A stretch of DNA of 64,000 bases from Nitrosopumilus sp. (GTDB lineage: Archaea; Thermoproteota; Nitrososphaeria; Nitrososphaerales; Nitrosopumilaceae). The notes beneath the pieces were generated by a model. The model saw nothing but the letters and a program-made list of their open reading frames with translations, was not told the DNA's origin and ran no database searches. A program made the position numbers and the translations under genes. The DNA lies in NCBI GenBank assembly GCA_965205425.1, contig CBDBGZ010000009.1, forward strand, positions 1,024,001-1,088,000, written 5' to 3'. Numbering within the stretch: the first letter of the stretch is position 1; every line of letters starts with the position of its first letter. Below are positions 40,054 to 50,826 of the stretch, piece by piece.

Positions 40054-40272
40054 TTATTTTTTAACTAGTATTTTTTTGGAGATTTTTAATGAAAATCCCA
40101 TTGCAATAAAATGAATGATAGCCCCTAAAATTGCAGCATAAATCAAATTATCTAAAATTGTCCAAGTTACAATAAACACTAGAATAGATGGAATCGTGAT
40201 AATGGCAGCAATGATAGTTCCTCGGAGTGCAATTTCACATATTGAAAGTTTAGTTTGTTTGTCATCAGACAA
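40054..40272 (-). CDS. Small two-TM membrane protein
   Basis: Hydrophobic 72-aa ORF. Confidence 0.65.
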   Translation of the reverse strand: MSDDKQTKLSICEIALRGTIIAAIITIPSILVFIVTWTILDNLIYAAILGAIIHFIAMGFSLKISKKILVKK

Positions 40273-40289
40273 TAGCTAAAATTTCAAAA

Positions 40290-40802
40290 ATGGTAATAAA
40301 AACCAAAGATACTTTATATTTGGTAGACCTTAATTTTTACTGTTTGGCAAGTTACAAAGGAGCATATTCAAATGATCAATCATTAAATTTTGTCATACCC
40401 ATAATCATTATTTTGTTTTTAGGTATCATTTACATTATGACACAAAGAGCAGATACAGGATTTGTTAGTTTTATCCTAATTGGTGCAGCTGCTCTGACAA
40501 TGTTTTATTGGGTTAAAGTTCTTAAAAAAATGACAAAGGATCAAAAACCAACTTACAGTAAAGTAAGAGAGCAAGAAACAAAGAATTGGGTATATGATCT
40601 GATTAAAGGAGAAGATGAACTAGTTTTTGTAGCAGAAGTTCCAGGTCCTGAAGATAAAATTGCAGTTAGATTAGTAGACGGAATTTTATATATTCGTGGA
40701 ACTTCAGGGTTTTCAAAAGAAGTTCCTATTGAAGGAGTAAAGGAAATGCAGATATTTGATTTTAAATATAGAAACGGTGTATTAACACTAAGAATAAAAT
40801 AA
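40290..40802 (+). CDS. Membrane-anchored Hsp20/alpha-crystallin protein (true start probably downstream)
   Basis: Two TM helices; VAEVPG and YRNGVLTL. Confidence 0.75.
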   Translation: MVIKTKDTLYLVDLNFYCLASYKGAYSNDQSLNFVIPIIIILFLGIIYIMTQRADTGFVSFILIGAAALTMFYWVKVLKKMTKDQKPTYSKVREQETKNWVYDLIKGEDELVFVAEVPGPEDKIAVRLVDGILYIRGTSGFSKEVPIEGVKEMQIFDFKYRNGVLTLRIK

Positions 40803-41930
40803 CTAAAGGCTCTTTGCTAATTCTAATTTTTGTGGTAGATACTTGTCTGTAATATTTGTTAATCCATATTTTGAGAAGGCTTCTAATTCTGCTTTTCTCT
40901 TTAATTTTAAAAATACATCAAGTTCTTTTTTCCAGATTCCATCTTGATATCTTGGATCTTTTTGAAGATCATAACATCGTTTGATATCAGATTCTGTCAT
41001 TGGTATTGTCGGTAACTTGTATTTTTCAATATCAGTAGCCCATACTCCAACCCATTTTGCATCAGGGACTGTTAATTCTCTGAGATGAGCAGCATTTGCT
41101 GAACCAGATTTAATTACCATTGCAATATGTTCTCCATACACATCTCCATCAGTTAGAACAATTACAGGTAATCCCATTTCTTCGTGCAATCTCTTTAACA
41201 AAGTTCGAGTTGAACGGGGTGCTTGTCCACCAGTATTGATAATTATAGATTTAAATTTTTTATCAACTTGTTCTTCAACAAATCTTGTGAAAAGTCCACC
41301 TTTTTCAATTGCGATAACAATTTCTGCACTTGTATCAACTAATTCAGCAGTAGTCAGACTAGGACCTATGGAATAACCATCAGGGTGATTTGATAAATTC
41401 ATAGTTTTTCCCTCATAACCGGGAATTGTATACTCTATATTCAAATCACCAAAAATGGAACTTCTTTCTTCAGGGAATATATGAAAATCCTCTCTAGGTT
41501 TTGAAGTAACAGCTTCTAAATCCACAATAATATTATCTGATTCAGATTGGTCCTCAAATTCAATTGCGAAAGCCTGTGAAGAATAATAGACATCCCTTAA
41601 AGTAGATGACTTTTTTTCATGAGTTAATCTATTTGCAAAAAATGCCAACCACATTAATTGTGTAAAAGATCTCAACTGTGCAGAATTTCTTGCACTTCTT
41701 AGCGCAGCATTGTTTCCTAAGATATACTGTCGAAGTTTTTTATCATAAACTATGTTACTTACTGATCTGCTAGGTATTGAAAATTTGGGGAATTTGCCAT
41801 TATCTAAGTCGTCATAAATTTTTGCGCCATGACTTTTAAGCATCTCAAGGATATTTTTTTGTTTTTCATCAGCTTTTTTGCTTCGTTCTTTGATTTTGGT
41901 TTGTTCTTTCTTAGTTGTTGCCATTTTCAT
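40803..41930 (-). CDS. top6A: DNA topoisomerase VI subunit A
   Basis: TLRDVYY, IEK, DGDVYG, KAELEA. Confidence 0.96.
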   Translation of the reverse strand: MKMATTKKEQTKIKERSKKADEKQKNILEMLKSHGAKIYDDLDNGKFPKFSIPSRSVSNIVYDKKLRQYILGNNAALRSARNSAQLRSFTQLMWLAFFANRLTHEKKSSTLRDVYYSSQAFAIEFEDQSESDNIIVDLEAVTSKPREDFHIFPEERSSIFGDLNIEYTIPGYEGKTMNLSNHPDGYSIGPSLTTAELVDTSAEIVIAIEKGGLFTRFVEEQVDKKFKSIIINTGGQAPRSTRTLLKRLHEEMGLPVIVLTDGDVYGEHIAMVIKSGSANAAHLRELTVPDAKWVGVWATDIEKYKLPTIPMTESDIKRCYDLQKDPRYQDGIWKKELDVFLKLKRKAELEAFSKYGLTNITDKYLPQKLELAKSL

Positions 41931-43779
41931 TTACCTCCTCTACTTTTTTAGATTCAATTGTATTTTCTTCTAATAGTTTCTTGTAATTAGGTTCTTTCTT
42001 CTTTCCAGCAAGCTCTGTACAAAATTCTGCAATTTGTGGCAAATATTTTGCATAAAGATTTGCCCTCTTTTTTGCCATATCAGCTTGTCCTCTTTTTGAC
42101 ATGTAGGCTGCCAGTTTTCTTGACAAAAATTGTAATCCTAATCTTAGTTCTCTTTCGATTTCTTGTCGGTCAGCAACATTTTCTTTTCCTGCGGTTTTGT
42201 ATGGTATTCGAGTAGAGCAAATATGAGATACTATTATGAAAGGCGGTTCACCTTTTACCTTGTATCGACCCCAATCAGTATCATTAACCACTTTTAGAAC
42301 AACATCACTTCCTTCATCATATAGTAGAGGAATTCTGTTGGCATATCGGTAAACATGTGGTCCACCGGATTTAATATCCCCACCATAAGCAATTCCCATC
42401 TCAATAATGAAAGGAAATCCAGAATATGCGGATGGTGGTCGTTGAACTACTGCAGTAAAATCAGGATTAAAGAATTTCTTAATTCCTTTTTCTAAAGGGT
42501 CTTCCCCTAATGGAGCCAGACAACTTGAATCAGGAGCCATAAAATCATCAAATTTTTGAAGTGAGTCACTAAGTTGAACTAGTTCTTGATTTGTCAAAGT
42601 ACCCATCCGTTTTTCAGGTTTGAATTTTGCAAATTCTGCAAATTTTATAGCAGTTGTGGGTCCGACACGTTGAAATCTTTTAGTCAAAAATGTAGTTAAT
42701 GGTTCACCTTGAACAGTGTTAGTCAATTGTTTGTAGTATTGACTTTCAGGATCCATATCGACAGATTTTGATTGGGAGTCTCCAAAATCCCAGTAAAATA
42801 ATTTTTTGTTAGGAATATCAAGATCTTCAATTTTTATTTTATTTAATTTTTCAAAATCCATTTTAAGAAAAGACATTAAAGCAATTACAACTCTAACTTG
42901 TCGTGAAAGGGTTTTCCATTTTTTCTTTGCTTTATCCATGATTGCCGTAAAACTAAGACTTTTTTTAGATAACCCTAAATCCTTTCTAACTTTTTCAATC
43001 ATTGCATCATCAATTGTAGGAATTTCAAATTGTGATTCAACAATCATTCTTCGTATACGTTCAACGTCAATACCATGTGGATGCGGTCTAATTATTGTTG
43101 GTGGAGGCGGTATTTCTTTTACAAATCTTGGATGAGAAAATTTTTGTCCTTTAGGATCATCAAAAGTAATTGATGCATACGGAGTAATTAATGAAGTCTC
43201 ATAAACATAATCACGAATTTTATTACCTGCTTTTGAATAATCTCCTTCCAAACAAATACTTACAGACAATCCTTTTTTTGAAACTTCTTTTGTATTGTGT
43301 TTAACAATTACAGGTTTGTTTTTTTGAATATCTAGTAAAATTTCAAATTGATTTTGGATAGCGCCATCAGAACAACTTTTTACTATTACAGGTTTGTTTG
43401 TGGTAATTTGTCCATAAAGAATAGCCATTGTCGCTCCAAGGCCAAACATTCCTCTTGCTTGTTTTAATCCAAATTTGGAACCATAAAGGACAGTTCCAAA
43501 AGCAAGAGGGATATGTTCAGTGTCTATTCCAGGTCCATTATCTTTGACTGTCAAAATATACGGCTTGGGATCTGGTTTATCAGGCTCAACTGCCTTAATT
43601 GTTAGATGGACATCAGGCAAGATTCCTTTTTGATCACATGCATCTAATGCATTTTCAACAAATTCTCTTACAGCAGTATAAAGAGATCTTGTAGGATTAC
43701 TAAATCCAGCTAAATCACGATTACTGTAAAAGAACTCACTTGGAGAAATTTGATTGAATTTTTCCTTAATAGAAGACAT
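41911..43779 (-). CDS. top6B: DNA topoisomerase VI subunit B
   Basis: EFVENALDA, DNGPG, RYANRIPL. Confidence 0.96.
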   Translation of the reverse strand: MSSIKEKFNQISPSEFFYSNRDLAGFSNPTRSLYTAVREFVENALDACDQKGILPDVHLTIKAVEPDKPDPKPYILTVKDNGPGIDTEHIPLAFGTVLYGSKFGLKQARGMFGLGATMAILYGQITTNKPVIVKSCSDGAIQNQFEILLDIQKNKPVIVKHNTKEVSKKGLSVSICLEGDYSKAGNKIRDYVYETSLITPYASITFDDPKGQKFSHPRFVKEIPPPPTIIRPHPHGIDVERIRRMIVESQFEIPTIDDAMIEKVRKDLGLSKKSLSFTAIMDKAKKKWKTLSRQVRVVIALMSFLKMDFEKLNKIKIEDLDIPNKKLFYWDFGDSQSKSVDMDPESQYYKQLTNTVQGEPLTTFLTKRFQRVGPTTAIKFAEFAKFKPEKRMGTLTNQELVQLSDSLQKFDDFMAPDSSCLAPLGEDPLEKGIKKFFNPDFTAVVQRPPSAYSGFPFIIEMGIAYGGDIKSGGPHVYRYANRIPLLYDEGSDVVLKVVNDTDWGRYKVKGEPPFIIVSHICSTRIPYKTAGKENVADRQEIERELRLGLQFLSRKLAAYMSKRGQADMAKKRANLYAKYLPQIAEFCTELAGKKKEPNYKKLLEENTIESKKVEEVNENGNN

Positions 43780-44338
43780 CTTGATCTTCCCATAATTTCA
43801 TTTTTTCTTGTTTTTCTTTTCTGTTTGCAGCTTCTAATTTATTGTAAACTGGGCCATGGTTACTTCCACTAGAAATCGAAGAAATTGCATCAACTGCTAA
43901 ACGTAATTTACTTGAGTCACCAATTATTGAAACAGTCTTTCCATAAACTGAGATATGAGTACCACTAAGATTTTCCATATTTCGTCTTGCTCTACCACCT
44001 TCTCCGATAATCCTCCCTTTTATCCTTTCAACATTAGCATTAGATTTTCCTGCAAATTCTCTAAGATCTATTACATGTAATGCATTTTCACCTTTTAGTA
44101 ATGTCATTGCATCATCAGGAGAAAATCCTCTACCAATAGCAGTAACAATCTCCATTGCTTTGAAGGGTTGAATTTTTTCAACATTACCTTGAGTTTTTAT
44201 AAAAACTTCACCATTGTCACCATCAATATCTAAAGTTACATGACATGTTGTTTCAATTTTTGATTTTACACTTCCAGACTTTCCAATTAAAGCCCCAACT
44301 CGATCATTTGGAATACGAATTAATTTTTCAAAGCTCAT
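43766..44338 (-). CDS. KH-domain RNA-processing protein (Dim2/Pno1-like)
   Basis: LIGKSG, AIGRGFS, RIIGEGG. Confidence 0.9.
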   Translation of the reverse strand: MSFEKLIRIPNDRVGALIGKSGSVKSKIETTCHVTLDIDGDNGEVFIKTQGNVEKIQPFKAMEIVTAIGRGFSPDDAMTLLKGENALHVIDLREFAGKSNANVERIKGRIIGEGGRARRNMENLSGTHISVYGKTVSIIGDSSKLRLAVDAISSISSGSNHGPVYNKLEAANRKEKQEKMKLWEDQDVFY

Positions 44339-45114
44339 TTGACAATATCCTCAAATATTTTATCTGAATCTTCAACAAGAATTCCTCTTTTATTGAAGAA
44401 TCTTCCAATGTTATTAATATCTCGTTTAAGAAATTCTTGAGCGTTTGGATGTCTAAGATCAACACCAGAGCCTAGATCAAAAACAACTAAACCTTTTTCA
44501 GTTTTGAAAATATTATATTCTGAAAAATCACCATGTACCAATTTTGCTTTTTTGTATAGATCTCCTAGAATAGATATGGCTTGAGCATAGTCATTCTCAT
44601 CAACTTCTGAAGTCAGTAATGATTTTGCAGGAGTACCATTATCTCCTATGAATTCCATAGCAAGGACATTGTTTGTTACATAAAGTGGTCTTGGGACGTG
44701 GATTCCAGCCTCATAGCACTGAGTTAAATTTCGATATTCCTTTTTTGCCCATAAATAAACAAGGTTTTTTGTTCCCTTTTTCAGATGAGAAAATCTTGGA
44801 TCTCCAAGAATGTAGGGTTCACGTTTTTTAAAATTTGCAGTGCTAACCAAATAAATTTTTAAAGCAACATTTATGTCATTTTCATCAACACCCCAAAAAA
44901 GAACAGATTCTTTTCCTGCACTTACTGAACCATTTACGTATGCAATAACATGATCAGTGATCATTTTGTAAAGAGTCATGACAGTTGGTTTATCCAAAAC
45001 TTCATTGACTACTTTTCCTTTCTTGAATCCATCTTCTAACGGAGAACGTTTTCGTTTTGAATTTAATTTATTATCTAATTTAGACTCTAATTTTTTACTA
45101 ATTATATCAGTCAT
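44335..45114 (-). CDS. rio1: RIO1 kinase
   Basis: SAGKES, WAKKEYRNL, HGDFSEYN. Confidence 0.9.
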   Translation of the reverse strand: MTDIISKKLESKLDNKLNSKRKRSPLEDGFKKGKVVNEVLDKPTVMTLYKMITDHVIAYVNGSVSAGKESVLFWGVDENDINVALKIYLVSTANFKKREPYILGDPRFSHLKKGTKNLVYLWAKKEYRNLTQCYEAGIHVPRPLYVTNNVLAMEFIGDNGTPAKSLLTSEVDENDYAQAISILGDLYKKAKLVHGDFSEYNIFKTEKGLVVFDLGSGVDLRHPNAQEFLKRDINNIGRFFNKRGILVEDSDKIFEDIVK

Positions 45115-45198
45115 TAGAATAAGATACTCCTACTAGATAAAAGAGATTACTGTTAAAATCTAAAAAAAAATGTAAAGTGGAAATCAAATTAAACAACT

Positions 45199-45495
45199 TT
45201 ACATATTAAATATAATTAAAAATGGAACATCAGAAACTATCTTTACAGCATTTTCAGAACCAATTCCTAGTTTTAGAGACAAAGAAATAGTTTCTTTTCC
45301 TGCCATGTTTATAATAGAAGAATTTTTCAGTAAAGATTCAGCTTCATCTTTTTCAACAAATCTTTCACCATAGTAACTTTCACTTATGTGCATAGTCAAA
45401 TCTCCTTCAACAATTTTTTTGCCAAGTAGCTCAACATCACAAATATTGAGCATTGATTGGTTTTGATAATTTGTAGTTCGTATCGAGAATTGCAT
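45199..45495 (-). CDS. DUF424 protein
   Basis: NICDVELLGK, SESYYG, INMAG; likely start ATG at 45495. Confidence 0.85.
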   Translation of the reverse strand: MQFSIRTTNYQNQSMLNICDVELLGKKIVEGDLTMHISESYYGERFVEKDEAESLLKNSSIINMAGKETISLSLKLGIGSENAVKIVSDVPFLIIFNM

Positions 45496-45932
45496 TACGC
45501 GTATTTGCCTTTTAAAGTAGATTTTGCACCACATGCTTCACAAATTAAAAATGATATTCTATTTTCTTTGAAGATTTTTGTATCAGGGCTTTTGCATGTT
45601 GGACACTCAAGATAGTCTTTTACATAAATTTGGAATAATCTGGTAAAATCATCAGGAGCTCTTCTTCCAACAAACATTGCTTTATCTCCAAGTCTTTCTG
45701 CTGGAACTGCAAATTCTTTTGACAGGTATTGAAGAACCTTATCAGGATCTCTACGCAATACCTTGGGAAATTCGGAAAAATTTCTTAAAAATGTCTTTTG
45801 TCCTTCCCACATTACATCAACAACAGGCAGCTCAAATCTAGTTTGTGATTCTTTGTCAGTATCACCTAGTTTATCCTGAATACGTTTGAGAAGATTTTCA
45901 TAATCGGATTTGGTCACTGAAAAATAGTGCAT
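45495..45932 (-). CDS. eif2b: Translation initiation factor aIF-2 beta
   Basis: RFELP, TFLRNF, CPTCKSPDT, CEACGA. Confidence 0.93.
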   Translation of the reverse strand: MHYFSVTKSDYENLLKRIQDKLGDTDKESQTRFELPVVDVMWEGQKTFLRNFSEFPKVLRRDPDKVLQYLSKEFAVPAERLGDKAMFVGRRAPDDFTRLFQIYVKDYLECPTCKSPDTKIFKENRISFLICEACGAKSTLKGKYA

Positions 45933-45986
45933 GGTAGACCCTATATGGGTTTTGAAAAAGAGAAATCGTGTGGACCTTGTTTGAGG

Positions 45987-46133
45987 TTATTCCATCTTTC
46001 CTATTCGGAAGACGTTAGTACCACATGTTGGACATGTACCTTTTACGGCAGGTCGTCCATTCTTTAGTGTAGTTTCTTTGGGATCTTTGATATCCCTTTT
46101 TGCTCTGCATTTTACGCAATATGCTTGAACCAT
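45987..46133 (-). CDS. DUF5679-like zinc-ribbon protein (host copy)
   Basis: MVQAYCVKCRAKRDIKDPKETTLKNGRPAVKGTCPTCGTNVFRIGKME; not in the ORF track. Confidence 0.88.
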   Translation of the reverse strand: MVQAYCVKCRAKRDIKDPKETTLKNGRPAVKGTCPTCGTNVFRIGKME

Positions 46134-46383
46134 TATGAAATTTGTCAAACTTTGTGGTATTTAGGCAGAGGCTGTGAAAATTATTTCACTATAGACTAGA
46201 TGTGCGTAAATTGTTTTAGGCATCAGAAAAGTGATTTTTTCAATATTTTCAAAGAATGCAAGAATTTTGAAAAAAATTATGGACAATATTGAGTGAAAAT
46301 AAGTTTTCTCCAAACAATTGTTAGAAAACAAGAGTTTTATCAATTATTACCAATTATAAACTCCTTAATAGTAAAATTACAAA

Positions 46384-46884
46384 ATGGCATCAAAAAAAGG
46401 AATTGTAGTAACAGCTATAATTTTAGCTGCCATTACAGGAGTAAGTTTTCTGATGTGGATTATTCCACAAGATGTTGAAACAACTTTTGTTGTATCTGAT
46501 TATGAAAATTATTTGGACGGAGTGAAAAATATTCATGAGGTTTTAGAAGAATCAATAGAACTTGAATATGAGAATCTACAAAATGGAAAAATTTCACCAC
46601 AAGAGTATATTGCAGTCACTGAAGTGACATCATCTCAAGTAACTACACAAATTAGTGAATTTGTAACATCAAAGCCATCAGAAGAATGGGAAGCAAGTTA
46701 CATCAATTACATGGAAGCTATGAAATCTTTCAACTCATACATTATTGAGACTAAAGTGTTAGCAAATATGATTGAAAATGGAAATACTAATGAGGAAATT
46801 AATGATACTTTGGAAAAAATAGATTCACTAAAAATAGAATCTATTGAATTCGTTAAAATCTCTGATCAGTCAAGACCAGGCTAG
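46384..46884 (+). CDS. Hypothetical membrane-anchored protein
   Basis: N-terminal TM helix, helical acidic domain. Confidence 0.7.
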   Translation: MASKKGIVVTAIILAAITGVSFLMWIIPQDVETTFVVSDYENYLDGVKNIHEVLEESIELEYENLQNGKISPQEYIAVTEVTSSQVTTQISEFVTSKPSEEWEASYINYMEAMKSFNSYIIETKVLANMIENGNTNEEINDTLEKIDSLKIESIEFVKISDQSRPG

Positions 46885-46955
46885 CCTCAAAACCGAATTT
46901 TACTATTCATATTTGTTGGAAATCGTTAAAAAGCAATTCTGTAATAAAAATTTGA

Positions 46956-48101
46956 ATGTCTCAACATACAGGTAAGGTTGAAAAAGATGTTAATGCATCT
47001 ACAGCCAACAAATTACTAGTAATTTGTATTGATAGAGATAATGATGTTGGTGAAAAAGCCGGTATTGTTACACCCGTCATTGGTAGAGATGCATGTATTG
47101 AGGCAGCTCAAAGATTAGCTTTAGAAGATCCAGAAGATGCAGATTCAAATTCTATTTTTGCTGCAATTAAAACATATGAAGATTTGATCAGTAAAGGATA
47201 CCAAGTAGAAGTGGTAACTGTTGCAGGAGTTAAAGATAGAGGAGTTCAAGCTGATGAGAAAATTTTAGTGGAAACAAGAAAAGTTTTAGGAAAATTTTCT
47301 GCAAACGGTGCAGTTATTGTTTCTGATGGAGAAGATGATGAAAGTGTCATACCAGTAATTCAAAATGTACTTCCAGTAGTATCAGTACAACGTGTAGTTA
47401 TGAAAGTTAGTAGAAGTGTAGAGTATTCTTATGCAGTTTTTGGAAAATATCTAAAAATGCTTGCATATGATTCTAAATATTCAAAATTCTTTTTAGGAGT
47501 TCCAGGAATTCTTTTGTTAATCGGAGGTGTTGCAACTGTATTTGGATATACCGCAGAGATATTTGCAGTGTTAGTAAGTATCTTGGGTGGCGCATTTTTA
47601 ATTAGAGCGTTTGATATTGATAGAGTATGGTCAAGTTGGTCAAAACCAACACCGATGGGTTTTATCAGAATGTTTACAATGGTTGCAGGAGTTTTACTAA
47701 TTCTTTCATCCGTACCAGCTGGGGTTAGTGCAGTGGATACGGAATTAATTGGAGCAGATATACAATTCATTTCAATAATTACAGACAAAATGATAGTTGG
47801 ACAATTTGTGTCAGGAGCAATACCAATTTTGTGGATTGGCATTGGCTCAATATTTGCAGGAACATTACTCAGTAATTGGATTGGTGGAATTCCAAGACAG
47901 ATTAGTGATATTTTAAGAATAATTGTTTTAGCAGCACTTTATCCAACCGTGTTACAATTTACTAAAATTATGATAAATGATGATCCGTCATTTACCTTGA
48001 TTCCACCTCTATTAGGAGGACTTGCAGCTACATTGGTTTCAGCTACAATTCTCTTTAAAAAATATAGAAAACACAAAGATCAAGAGATGATCTCAGACTA
48101 A
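46956..48101 (+). CDS. DUF373 membrane protein
   Basis: CIDRDNDVG, DPEDADSN, SDGEDD, several TM helices. Confidence 0.88.
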   Translation: MSQHTGKVEKDVNASTANKLLVICIDRDNDVGEKAGIVTPVIGRDACIEAAQRLALEDPEDADSNSIFAAIKTYEDLISKGYQVEVVTVAGVKDRGVQADEKILVETRKVLGKFSANGAVIVSDGEDDESVIPVIQNVLPVVSVQRVVMKVSRSVEYSYAVFGKYLKMLAYDSKYSKFFLGVPGILLLIGGVATVFGYTAEIFAVLVSILGGAFLIRAFDIDRVWSSWSKPTPMGFIRMFTMVAGVLLILSSVPAGVSAVDTELIGADIQFISIITDKMIVGQFVSGAIPILWIGIGSIFAGTLLSNWIGGIPRQISDILRIIVLAALYPTVLQFTKIMINDDPSFTLIPPLLGGLAATLVSATILFKKYRKHKDQEMISD

Positions 48102-48188
48102 ATTCATACGAATACAAATCAATGAACAAATTTTCTGAAAAACACTGATATCTTCAAACATACAGGAATCATCAAATGGTGATAAAAT

Positions 48189-48980
48189 ATTAGTAAAATC
48201 AAAGATTTAGTTTTTCAACTATCAGGTCTCTATAAAATATATGGAAAAAGATTAGAGAGTGAAATTCAAAATGGAGATATTCCAAATCATGTTGCATTAA
48301 TTTTAGATGGGAATAGGAGATGGGCAAAAAGACACCTATCAATGCCAAAAAAAGGCCATTGGAAAGGGGCGGATGCAGTAGAGAATCTTCTTGATTGGTG
48401 TGAAGAATTTGATATTAAAATAGTAACCTTGTATGCGCTATCAGCAGAAAATCTAGATAGAGAGGATGACGAATTAAAATATCTATATGAATTAATTCGC
48501 ATGAGATTAGAAAAATTACTCAATGACCCAAGAATACATAGAAGCAAAATGAGAGTAAAAGGTATTGGTAGAATAGAATTACTTCCAGAATCAATAAAGG
48601 AAGTTCTAAAAAAATTAGATGATGCTACAAAAGATTATGACAATCATTTTCTAAATATTGCACTTGCATATGGAGGACAAAATGAATTAGTAGATGCAGT
48701 AAAAAAGATTGGAGGGAAAATTAAAGATGGATCTCTAGACGTAAATGATATTAATAAAAAAGAGATTGAGTCAAACCTATACACATCACATTTACCACAA
48801 TCATCTCCAGACATGGTATTACGAACTTCTGGAGAAAAAAGATTGAGTGGATTTCTTATGTGGCAAAGTGCATATAGTGAATTAGTATTTATGGATATTT
48901 TTTGGCCCGAATTTAGAAAAATAGATTTAATGAGGGCAATTAGAACATATCAAGAAAGGAAGAGAAGATTAGGAAAATGA
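48189..48980 (+). CDS. uppS: cis-prenyltransferase (polyprenyl diphosphate synthase)
   Basis: IPNHVALILDGNRRWA lies upstream of the first ATG; SAENL, YGG, RTSGEKRLSGF; probable ATT start. Confidence 0.9.
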   Translation: MSKIKDLVFQLSGLYKIYGKRLESEIQNGDIPNHVALILDGNRRWAKRHLSMPKKGHWKGADAVENLLDWCEEFDIKIVTLYALSAENLDREDDELKYLYELIRMRLEKLLNDPRIHRSKMRVKGIGRIELLPESIKEVLKKLDDATKDYDNHFLNIALAYGGQNELVDAVKKIGGKIKDGSLDVNDINKKEIESNLYTSHLPQSSPDMVLRTSGEKRLSGFLMWQSAYSELVFMDIFWPEFRKIDLMRAIRTYQERKRRLGK

Positions 48981-49396
48981 TTGAAGAAATATCTGCAGGA
49001 ATTGTATTATTTAGGAAAGAAGATTCAAAAAAATTGTTTTTACTTTTACATTATCCTTCAGGGCATTGGGATTTTGTAAAGGGGAAGATGGAGAAAGGTG
49101 AATCAATTCAAGAAACAGCTCTAAGAGAAACAAAAGAAGAAACAGGTATTACAGATATAAAATTTTTAGAGAATTTTGAAGAGTGGATTGAATATAATTT
49201 TCAATATCAAGGGGAACTAGTTCATAAAAAAGTAGTTTTTTTCTTAGCTGAAACAAAATCAAAAGATGTCAAAATTTCACATGAACATACGGATTACACA
49301 TGGATGGATTACAACACATCAATGAAAAAAACTACATTTGATAATGCAAAAACAGTATTAACTAAAGCACAGATGTTACTTTCCCAAACTTTGTAA
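48977..49396 (+). CDS. NUDIX hydrolase (Ap4A hydrolase-like)
   Basis: HWDFVKG...GESIQETALRETKEETG. Confidence 0.9.
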   Translation: MIEEISAGIVLFRKEDSKKLFLLLHYPSGHWDFVKGKMEKGESIQETALRETKEETGITDIKFLENFEEWIEYNFQYQGELVHKKVVFFLAETKSKDVKISHEHTDYTWMDYNTSMKKTTFDNAKTVLTKAQMLLSQTL

Positions 49397-50116
49397 TTGT
49401 AATTCTTTAGCAACTTCAAGTGGGTTTTTAGAATTTAAAATTGTTCTACCAACAATTAGATAATCAGTTCCAGATGAAATCACTTCATTTGCACTACCAC
49501 CTTGAGTTCCTACGCCTGGAGAAAAGATACTCAGATTTTTTCCTGCTTTTTTAGAACAGTGTTGAATAATTTTTGGAAACGTAGCACCAACTACAATTCC
49601 ATCAACGTTTGCAGTGATAGCCCAATTCAAAAACAATTGGTATAGCTGTTGTTTTTTGCCCATTTTAATTTCCATATCATATGATAATTTAGCCTCAGGG
49701 GCACTCATATGACATAAAGTGATTACCCCTTTCTCATTTTTGTGGGCAGATTTTACTAGATTTTTTAGACTATCAATACCCATTATTGGATTTGCAATAA
49801 CTGCATCAAATCCTAAATTCCATAAATGTCCAGCAGTGACTCTATTGGTATTTCCAATATCATTTAGTTTGATATCTGCAATAGTTTGTAATCCATATTT
49901 GTGAGCCGTTTTGTTTATTTTTAGAATTTCTTTTCCACTCAAAGGAAGAAGTAAATGAAAATTTAATTTAATTCCGCACAGAAATGGATGTAATTGTTTA
50001 ATATTTTGAATAGTTTTTGATTCTAAATTTTTTACAGATAAATCGTAATCATTGGCAAGAATGACTTTGCCATTAGTTTTTGATATCTGTGAAAGTCTAA
50101 TTTTGAAGGTGGCCAT
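49376..50116 (-). CDS. pyrF: Orotidine 5'-phosphate decarboxylase
   Basis: ADIKLNDIGNT, SPGVGTQGG, IVGR. Confidence 0.93.
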   Translation of the reverse strand: MATFKIRLSQISKTNGKVILANDYDLSVKNLESKTIQNIKQLHPFLCGIKLNFHLLLPLSGKEILKINKTAHKYGLQTIADIKLNDIGNTNRVTAGHLWNLGFDAVIANPIMGIDSLKNLVKSAHKNEKGVITLCHMSAPEAKLSYDMEIKMGKKQQLYQLFLNWAITANVDGIVVGATFPKIIQHCSKKAGKNLSIFSPGVGTQGGSANEVISSGTDYLIVGRTILNSKNPLEVAKELQLQSLGK

Positions 50117-50777
50117 AATCTACTAAGGGATGAGTGTCTTTCAATTTTATTATTTTGATATAAGAATAACCATGTTCGGATGGATTTTCAACAAAGGTAG
50201 GTTGGGAGCTGTTTCCTGTTGAGAATTTTAAAAAGGGTTTTTGAGGATCAGAGTCCAAAACAACATGGCAAAAATAAGATGTTCCTTCATCATTAAAATT
50301 CATGAAGACTCCAACTAACCATTTATCATTATGTGGAAACAAGAACAACGGAAAAGGAATTTCTTCAATACCCCAAGTTAATTTAGCAAGACTTGACATG
50401 TCTTCCAATTGAATTGGTTGATATCGATCTAATGTACCATTACCAGGTTGTAGTGTTTTAGGGAGAGATTTTATTCTGACAATTGGTGAATATAGTTTAC
50501 TAGCATCAGAGGTAGTATCAACAATTTCAGATTCTTCTTTTCCTCCTTTTAATCCATAACAAAGATAGTGACCGTTATTTTCTAGATCTGTATAGTATAC
50601 AATTGGTTTTTCTTTCAAAACATCCATTTGTACAGATAAAATTTTCTTACCATCATAATCATGTAAAAATGAAACTCTAGGTGCACGTTCTAATGCACAA
50701 ACGAGCCTAGTAAATTCTAAAGTAGAGTGAACTTGTATGTAACGCGGTAACTTATCAGTAGTTTGTAACTTGTCCAC
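50097..50777 (-). CDS. Hypothetical protein
   Basis: 226-aa ORF between purA and pyrF. Confidence 0.75.
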   Translation of the reverse strand: MDKLQTTDKLPRYIQVHSTLEFTRLVCALERAPRVSFLHDYDGKKILSVQMDVLKEKPIVYYTDLENNGHYLCYGLKGGKEESEIVDTTSDASKLYSPIVRIKSLPKTLQPGNGTLDRYQPIQLEDMSSLAKLTWGIEEIPFPLFLFPHNDKWLVGVFMNFNDEGTSYFCHVVLDSDPQKPFLKFSTGNSSQPTFVENPSEHGYSYIKIIKLKDTHPLVDYGHLQN

Positions 50778-50826
50778 AGGGATTACCTGTTGGTTAACAA
50801 ATTAAACTTATCCAAAACAAAGGAGC

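Noticed and set aside
45115..45198. Absence of aIF-1A between DUF424 and rio1
   Set aside because: Often found here in archaea, but it may be elsewhere in this genome; cannot be judged from the window
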